From NCBI RefSeq assembly GCF_013122565.1, contig NZ_CP053258.1: a stretch of DNA of 64,000 bases. One strand, given 5' to 3'. The notes under the pieces are model-generated. The model was not told where the DNA came from, ran no database searches, and worked only from the letters and a program-made list of their open reading frames with translations. This document shows positions 50,540 through 61,109 of the stretch, one piece after another (position 1 is the first letter of the stretch; each line of letters opens with the position of its first letter). A program made the position numbers and the translations under genes. Source of the stretch: Escherichia coli (GTDB lineage Bacteria > Pseudomonadota > Gammaproteobacteria > Enterobacterales > Enterobacteriaceae).

Positions 50540-50566
50540 AAGAAAAGGCGCTGTCGATGCAGCGCC
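50540..50566 (-). terminator. intrinsic terminator of metG (stem GGCGCTG/CAGCGCC, U-tract on minus strand)
   Basis: Inverted repeat 50547..50553 / 50560..50566 with AGAAAA (plus) giving UUUUCU downstream on the minus strand, 12 nt after the metG stop. Confidence 0.55.
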
Positions 50567-50577
50567 TTGAAGGGGGA

Positions 50578-52611
50578 TTATTTCACCTGATGACCCGGTT
50601 TAGCACCGGCATCCGGGCTTAGCAGGAAGATATCTTTCCCGCCAGGACCAGCAGCCATTACCATGCCTTCGGAGATACCAAAGCGCATTTTACGCGGCGC
50701 CAGGTTAGCCACCATAATGGTGTGACGACCAATCAGAGCCTGCGGATCCGGGTAAGCAGAACGAATGCCGGAGAAAACATTACGTTTTTCACCGCCGAGA
50801 TCCAGTGTCAGTCGCAGCAGTTTGTCAGAACCTTCAACAAACTCTGCATTTTCAATCAGCGCCACGCGCAGGTCAACTTTAGCGAAGTCGTCAAAGGTGA
50901 TGGTTTCCTGAATCGGATCGTCTGCCAGCGGGCCAGTAACTGGCGCGGCAGCTGCTTTCACTTCTTCTTTAGAGGCTTCCACCAGTGCTTCAACCTGCTT
51001 CATATCGATGCGGTTATACAGCGCCTTGAACGGATTCACTTTGTGGCCCAGCAGCGGTTGCTGGATACCATCCCAGGTCAGTTCCGTATTGAGGAATGCT
51101 TCTGCACGCTCGGTCAGTTTCGGCAGTACCGGCTTCAGGTAAGTCATCAGCACGCGGAACAGGTTTATGCCCATTGAGCAAATTGCCTGCAGGTCGGCAT
51201 CGCGGCCTTCCTGTTTCGCCACAACCCACGGAGCCTGTTCATCGACATAGCGGTTAGCCAGATCAGCCAGCGCCATGATTTCGCGCACGGCTTTACCAAA
51301 TTCGCGGCTTTCCCACGCTTCACCAATCACTTCAGCGGCATCAGTGAAGGTTTTGTACAACTGCGGGTCAGCCAGTTCGCTTGCCAGCACACCGTCAAAA
51401 CGCTTGTTGATAAAGCCCGCATTACGAGAGGCCAGGTTAACCACTTTGTTAACGATATCGGCATTCACGCGCTGAACGAAATCTTCCAGGTTGAGATCGA
51501 TATCATCAATGCGCGAAGAGAGTTTCGCAGTGTAGTAGTAACGCAGGCTGTCAGCGTCAAAATGATTCAGCCAGGTGCTGGCTTTAATAAAGGTACCGCG
51601 AGACTTAGACATCTTCGCGCCGTTCACCGTCACATAGCCATGAACAAACAGGTTGGTCGGCTTGCGGAAGTTGCTGCCTTCCAGCATTGCTGGCCAGAAC
51701 AGACTGTGGAAGTAAACAATATCTTTACCGATGAAGTGGTACAGCTCGGCGGTGGAGTCTTTCTTCCAGTATTCATCGAAGCTTACGCTGTCGCCGCGCT
51801 TGTCGCACAGATTCTTGAAAGAACCCATATAGCCAATCGGCGCATCTAGCCAGACGTAGAAATATTTACCCGGCGCGTTCGGAATTTCAAAACCGAAGTA
51901 CGGCGCGTCGCGGGAGATATCCCACTGTTGCAGGCCGGATTCAAACCACTCCTGCATTTTATTTGCCACCTGCTCCTGCAACGCACCGCTGCGGGTCCAT
52001 GCCTGCAACATTTCGCTGAAAGAGGGCAGATCAAAGAAGAAGTGTTCAGAATCACGCATTACCGGCGTAGCGCCAGAAACCACCGATTTCGGCTCGATCA
52101 ATTCAGTCGGGCTGTAGGTCGCGCCGCAAACTTCGCAGTTATCGCCGTATTGATCCGGGGATTTACATTTCGGGCAGGTGCCTTTCACAAAACGGTCCGG
52201 CAGGAACATGCCTTTTTCCGGATCGTACAGCTGAGAGATGGTGCGGTTTTTAATAAAACCGTTTTCTTTCAAGCGAGTATAGATAAGCTCAGACAACTGG
52301 CGGTTCTCTTCGCTGTGCGTCGAGTGATAGTTGTCATAGCTGATGTTAAAGCCTGCGAAATCAGTCTGATGCTCCTGACTCATTTCGCCAATCATCTGCT
52401 CCGGGGTGATACCAAGCTGCTGAGCTTTCAGCATGATCGGTGTACCGTGGGCATCGTCGGCGCAGATGAAGTTGACCTCGTGGCCGCGCATTCGCTGGTA
52501 ACGGACCCAGACATCAGCCTGGATGTGCTCCAGCATATGGCCGAGGTGGATTGAGCCGTTAGCGTACGGCAGTGCGCACGTCACCAGAATTTTCTTCGCG
52601 ACTTGAGTCAT
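50578..52611 (-). CDS. metG: methionyl-tRNA synthetase, 677 aa
   Basis: HIGH-region ([14 protein letters not shown]), KMSKS motif, Zn knuckle CPKC...CEVC; start ATG 52611..52609. Confidence 0.95.
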   Translation of the reverse strand: MTQVAKKILVTCALPYANGSIHLGHMLEHIQADVWVRYQRMRGHEVNFICADDAHGTPIMLKAQQLGITPEQMIGEMSQEHQTDFAGFNISYDNYHSTHSEENRQLSELIYTRLKENGFIKNRTISQLYDPEKGMFLPDRFVKGTCPKCKSPDQYGDNCEVCGATYSPTELIEPKSVVSGATPVMRDSEHFFFDLPSFSEMLQAWTRSGALQEQVANKMQEWFESGLQQWDISRDAPYFGFEIPNAPGKYFYVWLDAPIGYMGSFKNLCDKRGDSVSFDEYWKKDSTAELYHFIGKDIVYFHSLFWPAMLEGSNFRKPTNLFVHGYVTVNGAKMSKSRGTFIKASTWLNHFDADSLRYYYTAKLSSRIDDIDLNLEDFVQRVNADIVNKVVNLASRNAGFINKRFDGVLASELADPQLYKTFTDAAEVIGEAWESREFGKAVREIMALADLANRYVDEQAPWVVAKQEGRDADLQAICSMGINLFRVLMTYLKPVLPKLTERAEAFLNTELTWDGIQQPLLGHKVNPFKALYNRIDMKQVEALVEASKEEVKAAAAPVTGPLADDPIQETITFDDFAKVDLRVALIENAEFVEGSDKLLRLTLDLGGEKRNVFSGIRSAYPDPQALIGRHTIMVANLAPRKMRFGISEGMVMAAGPGGKDIFLLSPDAGAKPGHQVK

Positions 52612-52742
52612 AGTAGGCATTACTTCTTAATAGTGAAAAGGGGTTAGATAGTACCAAATGGGAAAATGTTAAGTAAGTACTTCTCTATATTCTTCAGGTA
52701 AACTATCAGCTGATGGTTTATCTATACAAAAAAGGAGTCGGG

Positions 52743-53852
52743 ATGAACGAACAATCCCAGGCCAAATCACCAGAAGCCTTGCGCGCAATGGTCGCCGGGA
52801 CACTGGCCAATTTTCAGCACCCAACCCTGAAGCATAACCTCACCACGCTGAAAGCGTTGCACCATGTCGCCTGGATGGACGACACGTTGCATGTGGAACT
52901 GGTTATGCCATTCGTCTGGCATAGCGCGTTTGAAGAGTTAAAAGAGCAATGTAGCGCCGAACTGCTGCGTATCACCGGGGCGAAAGCTATCGACTGGAAA
53001 CTGTCGCACAATATCGCCACCTTAAAACGCGTGAAGAATCAGCCGGGTATTAATGGCGTGAAGAACATCATTGCGGTCAGTTCCGGTAAAGGCGGCGTGG
53101 GTAAATCCTCCACGGCGGTAAACCTGGCGCTGGCACTGGCGGCGGAAGGGGCGAAAGTCGGCATTCTGGACGCCGATATCTACGGCCCATCAATTCCCAC
53201 CATGCTGGGCGCAGAAAATCAGCGTCCAACTTCGCCGGACGGTACCCATATGGCACCGATTATGTCTCATGGCCTGGCAACCAATTCAATTGGTTATCTG
53301 GTTACTGACGACAATGCGATGGTGTGGCGTGGACCGATGGCGAGCAAGGCGTTAATGCAGATGTTGCAGGAAACCTTGTGGCCGGATCTCGACTATCTGG
53401 TGCTTGATATGCCGCCAGGCACCGGTGACATTCAGCTGACGCTGGCGCAGAACATTCCGGTGACTGGTGCGGTAGTGGTCACCACCCCGCAGGACATCGC
53501 GCTGATCGATGCGAAAAAAGGCATTGTGATGTTCGAGAAAGTCGAAGTTCCGGTGCTCGGTATTGTCGAGAACATGAGTGTGCATATTTGCAGTAACTGT
53601 GGTCACCATGAACCGATTTTCGGTACCGGTGGTGCAGAGAAACTGGCTGAAAAATACCATACACAGCTGCTGGGGCAGATGCCGTTACACATCTCCTTAC
53701 GTGAGGATCTCGATAAAGGCACGCCAACGGTTATCAGCCGTCCGGAGAGCGAATTTACCGCTATCTACCGCCAGCTGGCTGACCGCGTTGCAGCTCAGCT
53801 CTACTGGCAGGGTGAAGTCATTCCAGGCGAGATTTCCTTCCGCGCGGTCTAA
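52743..53852 (+). CDS. apbC: Fe-S cluster carrier ATPase ApbC/Mrp, 369 aa
   Basis: Deviant Walker A GKGGVGKSS and CxxC (CSNCGHH) seen; start ATG 52743. Confidence 0.9.
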   Translation: MNEQSQAKSPEALRAMVAGTLANFQHPTLKHNLTTLKALHHVAWMDDTLHVELVMPFVWHSAFEELKEQCSAELLRITGAKAIDWKLSHNIATLKRVKNQPGINGVKNIIAVSSGKGGVGKSSTAVNLALALAAEGAKVGILDADIYGPSIPTMLGAENQRPTSPDGTHMAPIMSHGLATNSIGYLVTDDNAMVWRGPMASKALMQMLQETLWPDLDYLVLDMPPGTGDIQLTLAQNIPVTGAVVVTTPQDIALIDAKKGIVMFEKVEVPVLGIVENMSVHICSNCGHHEPIFGTGGAEKLAEKYHTQLLGQMPLHISLREDLDKGTPTVISRPESEFTAIYRQLADRVAAQLYWQGEVIPGEISFRAV

Positions 53853-54114
53853 CGCCTATTAACCATTCTGGTTATTCTTCATACACCGCAGAGATGTTAC
53901 ATTGATGCGGTGTATTTGTTTTTGCCGCATTAATGAACACTTATTTAATACTGCGAATATTCTGCGGACCTTCGTCCGAAACTCTACAAAGTCGATTGAT
54001 CATACAGGCAATGCGTCATTATCATCCTTCGTGGCTGTGTAGTGGATGTACAGCTATAGTTTGTTATGCACTCATTCTATCCAGGCATAACCTTTACTAC
54101 AGGGATAACGTTCA

Positions 54115-54396
54115 ATGAATAAGTATTGGCTGTCAGGAATTATTTTTCTTGCCTATGGATTGGCTTCTCCCGCATTCTCTTCAGAGACTGCCACATTAGC
54201 GATTAATGGCAGGATCAGTCCCCCAACATGCAGTATGGCTATGGTTAATGGTCAACCTCAACAGCATTGTGGTCAGTTAACGTATAATGTTGACACCCGT
54301 CATCTGTTTTCTTCGCCCGTCAAAGGTGTAACGACAGAAGTGGTTGTTGCAGGTAGCGATAGCAAACGTCGAATCGTGTTAAATCGCTACGATTAA
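54115..54396 (+). CDS. yehE: small secreted protein YehE (DUF2574), 93 aa
   Basis: Signal peptide MNKYWLSGIIFLAYGLASPAFS; position upstream of the yehDCBA fimbrial genes. Confidence 0.7.
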   Translation: MNKYWLSGIIFLAYGLASPAFSSETATLAINGRISPPTCSMAMVNGQPQQHCGQLTYNVDTRHLFSSPVKGVTTEVVVAGSDSKRRIVLNRYD

Positions 54397-54688
54397 TTTG
54401 GCAACCTGATTTTAATTGCATTTAGAAAGCCGAAATCATTTATATAAATGATCTCGGCTTTTTTATTGATATCAACAATACCATTTACATAAATCTACAT
54501 TAATTGATAGATGCGATAAATAGTTAATACTCTTAAATATTTGTTGTATTTATATTGCAATGGTTAATTTGTTTTAAATCAATAAAACAATATGTTTACA
54601 TTGCGGCAACTTTTTTGATGTGAGAAATTTGTTTCCAAGAGATACAGACTATTAACAACCAAAAATAAATTTTATTAAGGAACATATT

Positions 54689-55231
54689 ATGAAACGTTCA
54701 ATTATTGCTGCCGCTGTCTTTTCTTCTTTTTTTATGAGCGCTGGAGTATTTGCTGCAGACGTTGATACCGGAACATTAACTATTAAGGGGAATATTGCAG
54801 AATCTCCGTGTAAATTCGAAGCGGGTGGTGATTCAGTAAGTATTAATATGCCAACTGTACCAACCACTGTCTTTGAAGGTAAAGCTAAATATTCTACCTA
54901 TGATGATGCAGTCGGTGTAACCAGTAGCATGTTAAAAATTAGCTGCCCGAAAGAAGTTGCTGGTGTAAAACTCTCGTTGATTACCAACGATAAAATAACT
55001 GGTAACGATAAGGCGATAGCCAGTAGCAACGATACTGTGGGTTACTATCTCTATTTAGGTGATAACAGCGAAGTCCTGGATGTTTCTGCACCTTTTAACA
55101 TTGAGAGTTATAAAACAGCGGAAGGTCAATATGCTATTCCGTTTAAAGCAAAATACCTGAAACTGACAGATAGCTCAGTGAATTCAGGTGATGTGTTATC
55201 TTCTCTGGTTATGCGTGTGGCGCAGGATTAA
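54689..55231 (+). CDS. yehD: fimbrial major subunit-like protein YehD, 180 aa
   Basis: Signal peptide plus conserved Cys pair and pilin-like C-terminal beta-strand; first gene of a chaperone-usher cluster. Confidence 0.8.
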   Translation: MKRSIIAAAVFSSFFMSAGVFAADVDTGTLTIKGNIAESPCKFEAGGDSVSINMPTVPTTVFEGKAKYSTYDDAVGVTSSMLKISCPKEVAGVKLSLITNDKITGNDKAIASSNDTVGYYLYLGDNSEVLDVSAPFNIESYKTAEGQYAIPFKAKYLKLTDSSVNSGDVLSSLVMRVAQD

Positions 55232-55310
55232 TAAATAAAATTGTAAGTTTCTCCAGGTAATAAACATGGCCGCTATCCCATGGCGGCCTTTTAATTTAAG
55301 AGGCATTAAA

Positions 55311-55985
55311 ATGAAAGGATTATTATCTTTACTCATTTTTTCTATGGTCCTTCCTGCACATGCCGGAATTGTTATCTACGGGACGCGCATTATTTACCCG
55401 GCAGAAAATAAAGAAGTGATGGTGCAGTTGATGAACCAGGGAAACCGTTCTTCGCTGCTGCAGGCGTGGATTGATGATGGCGATACGTCATTACCACCAG
55501 AAAAAATTCAGGTTCCTTTCATGTTAACGCCACCAGTGGCAAAAATAGGGGCAAATTCCGGGCAGCAAGTAAAAATCAAAATTATGCCGAATAAACTGCC
55601 CACTAATAAAGAAAGCATTTTTTATCTGAATGTTCTGGATATTCCACCAAATAGTCCAGAGCAAGAAGGTAAGAATGCACTGAAGTTTGCGATGCAAAAC
55701 AGAATTAAGTTGTTTTACCGGCCAGCGGGTATTGCTCCGGTAAATAAAGCGACATTTAAAAAATTGCTGGTAAATCGCAGTGGCAATGGTTTGGTGATAA
55801 AAAATGACTCAGCTAATTGGGTGACGATTTCGGATGTCAAAGCTAATAATGTCAAAGTCAATTATGAAACTATTATGATTGCCCCCTTAGAAAGTCAGAG
55901 TGTTAATGTCAAAAGTAATAATGCAAATAACTGGTATCTGACCATTATCGATGACCACGGCAACTATATTAGTGACAAAATTTAA
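55311..55985 (+). CDS. yehC: periplasmic fimbrial chaperone YehC (PapD-like)
   Basis: Start chosen at ATG 55311 (signal peptide MKGLLSLLIFSMVLPAHA, GAGG SD); ORF track allows an upstream start at 55266 (239 aa). PapD-like motifs (RIIYP, KLFYRP). Confidence 0.8.
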   Translation: MKGLLSLLIFSMVLPAHAGIVIYGTRIIYPAENKEVMVQLMNQGNRSSLLQAWIDDGDTSLPPEKIQVPFMLTPPVAKIGANSGQQVKIKIMPNKLPTNKESIFYLNVLDIPPNSPEQEGKNALKFAMQNRIKLFYRPAGIAPVNKATFKKLLVNRSGNGLVIKNDSANWVTISDVKANNVKVNYETIMIAPLESQSVNVKSNNANNWYLTIIDDHGNYISDKI

Positions 55986-56000
55986 TTGCAGGAGCTGCCT

Positions 56001-58481
56001 ATGTTGAGAATGACCCCACTTGCATCAGCAATCGTAGCGTTATTGCTCGGCATTGAAGCTTATGCAGCTGAAGAAACCTTTGATACCCATTTTATGATAG
56101 GTGGAATGAAAGACCAGCAGGTTGCAAATATTCGTCTTGATGATAATCAACCCTTGCCGGGGCAGTATGACATCGATATTTATGTCAATAAACAATGGCG
56201 CGGGAAATATGAGATCATTGTTAAAGACAACCCGCAAGAAACATGTTTATCAAGGGAAATTATCAAGCGGTTAGGCATTAACACCGATAACTTCGCCAGT
56301 GGAAAGCAATGTTTAACATTTGAGCAACTTGTTCAGGGCGGGAGTTATACCTGGGATATCGGAGTTTTTCGTCTCGATTTCAGTGTCCCGCAGGCCTGGG
56401 TGGAAGAACTGGAAAGTGGCTATGTTCCACCGGAAAACTGGGAGCGGGGTATTAATGCGTTTTATACCTCTTATTATGTGAGTCAGTATTACAGTGACTA
56501 TAAAGCGTCGGGTAATAGTAAGAGTACATATGTACGTTTTAACAGCGGGTTAAATTTACTGGGGTGGCAACTGCATTCTGATGCCAGTTTCAGTAAAACA
56601 AATAACAATCCAGGGGTGTGGAAAAGCAATACCCTGTATCTGGAACGTGGATTTGCCCAACTTCTCGGCACGCTTCGCGTGGGTGATATGTACACATCAA
56701 GCGATATTTTTGATTCTGTTCGCTTCAGCGGTGTGCGGTTGTTTCGTGATATGCAGATGTTGCCTAACTCGAAACAAAATTTTACGCCACGGGTGCAGGG
56801 GATTGCTCAGAGTAACGCGCTGGTAACTATTGAACAGAATGGTTTTGTGGTTTATCAGAAAGAGGTTCCTCCTGGCCCGTTTGCGATTACAGATTTGCAG
56901 TTGGCCGGTGGTGGAGCAGATCTTGATGTCAGCGTGAAAGAGGCGGACGGCTCGGTTACCACCTATCTGGTGCCTTATGCAGCGGTGCCAAATATGCTGC
57001 AACCTGGCGTATCGAAATATGATTTTGCGGCGGGTCGTAGCCATATTGAAGGGGCAAGCAAACAAAGTGATTTTATCCAGGTGGGTTATCAGTATGGTTT
57101 TAATAATTTATTGACGCTGTATGGTGGCTCGATGGTCGCGAATAATTACTACGCGTTCACTTTGGGGACTGGCTGGAATACACGCATTGGTGCCATTTCC
57201 GTCGATGCCACGAAGTCGCATAGTAAACAAGACAACGGCGATGTGTTTGACGGGCAAAGTTATCAAATTGCTTACAACAAATTTGTGAGCCAAACGTCGA
57301 CACGTTTTGGTCTGGCGGCCTGGCGTTATTCGTCGCGTGATTACCGGACATTTAATGATCACGTTTGGGCAAACAATAAAGATAATTATCGCCGTGATGA
57401 AAACGATATCTATGACATTGCCGATTATTACCAGAACGATTTTGGCCGTAAAAATAGCTTTTCTGCCAATATGAGCCAGTCATTGCCAGAAGGCTGGGGT
57501 TCTGTGTCGTTAAGTACGTTATGGCGAGATTACTGGGGACGTAGCGGCAGCAGTAAGGATTATCAGTTGAGTTATTCCAACAACCTGCGACGGATAAGCT
57601 ATACCCTCTCGGCAAGCCAGGCTTATGACGAGAATCATCATGAAGAGAAACGATTTAATATTTTTATATCGATTCCCTTTGATTGGGGTGATGACGTTAC
57701 GACGCCTCGTCGGCAAATATATATGTCTAACTCAACGACGTTTGATGATCAAGGTTTTGCCTCAAATAATACGGGATTATCAGGAACCGTTGGAAGCCGG
57801 GATCAGTTTAACTATGGGGTCAACCTGAGTTATCAGCATCAGGGAAATGAAACGACAGCTGGAGCTAATTTGACCTGGAATGCGCCGGTTGCGACAGTGA
57901 ATGGCAGTTATAGTCAGTCGAGTACTTATCGACAGGCTGGAGCCAGGGTTTCAGGGGGCATTGTCGCCTGGTCGGGTGGCGTTAATCTGGCGAACCGTCT
58001 TTCCGAAACGTTTGCTGTGATGAATGCACCTGGCATTAAAGATGCTTATGTCAATGGGCAAAAATATCGCACAACAAACCGTAATGGAGTGGTGGTATAC
58101 GACGGAATGACACCTTATCGGGAAAATCACCTGATGCTGGATGTGTCGCAAAGCGATAGCGAAGCAGAATTACGTGGCAACCGGAAAATTGCCGCCCCTT
58201 ATCGCGGCGCGGTTGTACTGGTTAATTTTGATACCGATCAGCGCAAGCCATGGTTTATAAAAGCGTTAAGAGCAGATGGGCAACCATTAACGTTTGGTTA
58301 TGAAGTCAATGATATCCATGGTCATAATATTGGCGTTGTCGGCCAGGGAAGTCAGTTATTTATTCGCACCAATGAAGTACCGCCATCGGTTAATGTGGCA
58401 ATTGATAAGCAACAAGGACTTTCATGCACAATCACCTTCGGTAAAGAGATTGATGAAAGTAGAAATTATATCTGTCGGTGA
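56001..58481 (+). CDS. yehB: outer-membrane fimbrial usher YehB, 826 aa
   Basis: Start ATG 56001 (MLRMTPLASAIVALLLGIEAYA); usher-family length and beta-rich sequence. Confidence 0.85.
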   Translation: MLRMTPLASAIVALLLGIEAYAAEETFDTHFMIGGMKDQQVANIRLDDNQPLPGQYDIDIYVNKQWRGKYEIIVKDNPQETCLSREIIKRLGINTDNFASGKQCLTFEQLVQGGSYTWDIGVFRLDFSVPQAWVEELESGYVPPENWERGINAFYTSYYVSQYYSDYKASGNSKSTYVRFNSGLNLLGWQLHSDASFSKTNNNPGVWKSNTLYLERGFAQLLGTLRVGDMYTSSDIFDSVRFSGVRLFRDMQMLPNSKQNFTPRVQGIAQSNALVTIEQNGFVVYQKEVPPGPFAITDLQLAGGGADLDVSVKEADGSVTTYLVPYAAVPNMLQPGVSKYDFAAGRSHIEGASKQSDFIQVGYQYGFNNLLTLYGGSMVANNYYAFTLGTGWNTRIGAISVDATKSHSKQDNGDVFDGQSYQIAYNKFVSQTSTRFGLAAWRYSSRDYRTFNDHVWANNKDNYRRDENDIYDIADYYQNDFGRKNSFSANMSQSLPEGWGSVSLSTLWRDYWGRSGSSKDYQLSYSNNLRRISYTLSASQAYDENHHEEKRFNIFISIPFDWGDDVTTPRRQIYMSNSTTFDDQGFASNNTGLSGTVGSRDQFNYGVNLSYQHQGNETTAGANLTWNAPVATVNGSYSQSSTYRQAGARVSGGIVAWSGGVNLANRLSETFAVMNAPGIKDAYVNGQKYRTTNRNGVVVYDGMTPYRENHLMLDVSQSDSEAELRGNRKIAAPYRGAVVLVNFDTDQRKPWFIKALRADGQPLTFGYEVNDIHGHNIGVVGQGSQLFIRTNEVPPSVNVAIDKQQGLSCTITFGKEIDESRNYICR

Positions 58482-58491
58482 GAGGTGGAAT

Positions 58492-59526
58492 ATGATGTTC
58501 AGAAATGGAATGTTACTAATATTTATTTTATGGGCTAATTTTACCTGGGCTGGATGTCGTACCACTGCATCATTAAATATTACTGATAGTATTAATGTGG
58601 GGGAGATTTTAGCGAATGAGGTTTCCTTTAGTAAAAATGTCGTGTTTACTGGGATATCTTGTGATACGAGCACGGATAAAATAGTTTATAAAAATATCCA
58701 AAGTGATTGGGTTGAAGTTGGGCCTTTTGGTAATGGCGAAAAATTAAAGGTTAAAATAGATTCTTTAGGTAAAAACAGTGAGACGATTGGGAAATCCAGC
58801 AATGCGCAGGCAGAATTACCCTATGTGGTTAAAATTGCCAGAGGTACACTTGATTTTACTGGAGAAAGAAAACCAACCTGGTTTCTTTCAGATACTGTGA
58901 TTGCAAATATTGGCGGTGAGTCATCTACATCTATCGACTTTTGGTTGGGAATTTGTAAGACATTGAAGATTAACTGGTGTGTAAGTTATCTCACCAGTAA
59001 ACTGGCGGGGGATACATTTACGCTTGGGTTAAGTATTTCCTATTATCCTAAAAATACGACCTGTAAGCCTGAAAACACAATAATAAAAGTAGATGATATT
59101 GCCTTGTCCCAGCTCAGAAGTCAGGGAAAGATTACGGCGAACAGTAAGGAAGGAATAATTTCGTTGAAATGTGATAATCTTTTCGGCGACAAAAACCAAG
59201 CATCGAGGAATATGGTCGTATATCTTTCCAGCAGTGACTTAGTTACAGGAAGCAATACAATTTTGCGTGGCAACATAGATAATGGTGTAGGATTTGTGTT
59301 GGATCTAAAAGAACCACCAAAAGGAACTGAAGCTGCCATCAAAATTTCTGCTAGCGGCAATCAGGGCGCGGCGACATCATTATGGAAAACAGATAAACCA
59401 GGGGCTTCTTTAAATAGCAATATTATTAATATACCAGTTATGGCCAGTTACTACGTCTACGATACAAACAAAGTTAAATCTGGCGCACTGGAGGCAACCG
59501 CATTAATCAACGTGAAATACGACTAA
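58492..59526 (+). CDS. yehA: fimbrial adhesin-like protein YehA, 344 aa
   Basis: Start ATG 58492 with GAGG SD; signal peptide MMFRNGMLLIFILWANFTWA; longer overlapping ORF in track rejected. Confidence 0.8.
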   Translation: MMFRNGMLLIFILWANFTWAGCRTTASLNITDSINVGEILANEVSFSKNVVFTGISCDTSTDKIVYKNIQSDWVEVGPFGNGEKLKVKIDSLGKNSETIGKSSNAQAELPYVVKIARGTLDFTGERKPTWFLSDTVIANIGGESSTSIDFWLGICKTLKINWCVSYLTSKLAGDTFTLGLSISYYPKNTTCKPENTIIKVDDIALSQLRSQGKITANSKEGIISLKCDNLFGDKNQASRNMVVYLSSSDLVTGSNTILRGNIDNGVGFVLDLKEPPKGTEAAIKISASGNQGAATSLWKTDKPGASLNSNIINIPVMASYYVYDTNKVKSGALEATALINVKYD

Positions 59527-59582
59527 TAACAAGCAAGACGAGCAAGTGGCTAATAATAAAAAATAACAAGGTGTCTGCATTT

Positions 59583-59609
59583 CCCCCTCATGATGAGGGG
59601 GCTTTTTTT
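59583..59609 (+). terminator. intrinsic terminator after yehA (CCCCCTCAT/ATGAGGGGG + T7)
   Basis: Inverted repeat and U-tract read directly; overlaps the rcnB stop codon on the opposite strand. Confidence 0.6.
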
Positions 59610-59946
59610 AGCGATGATAAAAAATCTCACCGTCGTAGGCTTTAATGATTTTACCGTCGGTGTCGCTGATCAACACGTACGCGCCACCCATATAGGTCCA
59701 GTGCGTCCCGGCATCAGGCGCGGGCAGGTTACGTAACTGCCACTGCTTAATGTTGTACTCATCGGTGCGGTACATCTCTGGGACGGTATCGCCTGGTTTG
59801 AAATGCTTAAAGTCAGCAATGAAACTGCTTAACTCATACTTGGAAATTCCCGAGGTATTGGTCGAACCCGCGGTGGCTGGTGCGGCCCAGGCGGCACTGG
59901 TAACCAGCAAAAGCGCACCCAGCAACATCTTATTTTTAATGGTCAT
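59608..59946 (-). CDS. rcnB: periplasmic Ni/Co homeostasis protein RcnB (YohN), 112 aa
   Basis: Start ATG 59946..59944 (MTIKNKMLLGALLLVTSAAWA signal peptide); ORF-track upstream extension rejected. Confidence 0.85.
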   Translation of the reverse strand: MTIKNKMLLGALLLVTSAAWAAPATAGSTNTSGISKYELSSFIADFKHFKPGDTVPEMYRTDEYNIKQWQLRNLPAPDAGTHWTYMGGAYVLISDTDGKIIKAYDGEIFYHR

Positions 59947-60164
59947 AAACTCTCCACTTTGGGGATCTGTAATATCAGTCGCATATCTTTCCTGCCATAC
60001 AATATAACTGACAAGCGATATTTTGTTAGTGATCCCATGATTTCGTAAAAAGTGTAAATGAAAGGATGCCCTAAAAGCATCCTTAGCGAGCAGAGAGTCA
60101 GCGGAAATAGCTGATTTAAGAATCATCCTGGGCTGAAGATAACATGCAAGCCTAAAGGATTGAG

Positions 60165-60989
60165 TTATCGCATTATGCCCATGAAGCCATGTACGCCCAT
60201 ATACACACCAACTAAGCCAATCAACAGACTGGAAAAATAGGGGGCGCGTTTAGCGAGAGTGTTAAATCCGCTCCAGCGTTTTGCGACCTGCTGAACGCTG
60301 ATTGCTGCGCCAACGCCTACGGTGACAAGCGTTAACGCCAGGCCAATGCTAAAACTTACGACCAGTGTTGCGCCCAGTGTCAGGGCTTTCAACTGAATGC
60401 AAATCAACAGCACGGTAATTGCTGCCGGGCAGGGGATAAGGCCACCGGTTAAGCCAAATAACAAAATTTGCCAGTTGGTGACCTCTCTACCATCAAAGCG
60501 TCGTTTAATGTCATTAGCATGGGCTCGTGCATGAGCATCCTGATACTCGCCATGTTCGTGATGGTGATGATGCCCATGGTCGTGGTGATCTTCGTGATCG
60601 TGGTGATGATGTTCATGATCATGCTCGTGCATATTCTCCAGCCAGTTGCGTTCGCCGCGCCAGGTACGCCAGAACATCCAGAACGCGGTGCCAATAATGA
60701 TCACTGCAGAAATCAACTGGAGCCACGGTTCTGCAGATTGAGCAGTAAAGCGTTTGCTGATCACCATCCCGCCAAAGGCAATCAACCAGACCACCGCGGT
60801 ATGCGAAATGGTTGCTGCCAGTCCGAGCATCACCGCCTGTTTAATGGTGCCTTTGATGGCGATGATAAACGCCGCCATCATCGTTTTTGAGTGCCCTGGT
60901 TCCAGGCCATGAAGCGCACCAAGTAAGATGGCGCTGGGGATGAAGAACCAGGCGTTTCCTTGCTGAAGAAGAGTTGTAAATTCGGTCAT
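60165..60989 (-). CDS. rcnA: nickel/cobalt efflux protein RcnA, 274 aa
   Basis: Membrane protein with His-rich loop HEHDHEHHHHDHEDHHDHGHHHHHEHGE seen. Confidence 0.9.
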   Translation of the reverse strand: MTEFTTLLQQGNAWFFIPSAILLGALHGLEPGHSKTMMAAFIIAIKGTIKQAVMLGLAATISHTAVVWLIAFGGMVISKRFTAQSAEPWLQLISAVIIIGTAFWMFWRTWRGERNWLENMHEHDHEHHHHDHEDHHDHGHHHHHEHGEYQDAHARAHANDIKRRFDGREVTNWQILLFGLTGGLIPCPAAITVLLICIQLKALTLGATLVVSFSIGLALTLVTVGVGAAISVQQVAKRWSGFNTLAKRAPYFSSLLIGLVGVYMGVHGFMGIMR

Positions 60990-61026
60990 GATAATAATTC
61001 TTAGTATTAATTCGGCAATCTGATTC

Positions 61027-61061
61027 TACTCCCCCCCAGTACCTGATACTACCCCCCAGTA
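61027..61061. promoter_or_regulatory. two tandem RcnR operator sites (TACT-C7-AGTA and TACT-AC6-AGTA) in the rcnA-rcnR divergent intergenic region
   Basis: Sequence TACTCCCCCCCAGTA (61027..61041) and TACTACCCCCCAGTA (61047..61061) read directly; matches the published TACT-G6-N-AGTA RcnR site on the opposite strand. Confidence 0.65.
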
Positions 61062-61109
61062 GATTAATAGTGCTATGATTTTTCATGTTCTTGTTAACCA
61101 GGTGTTGCC

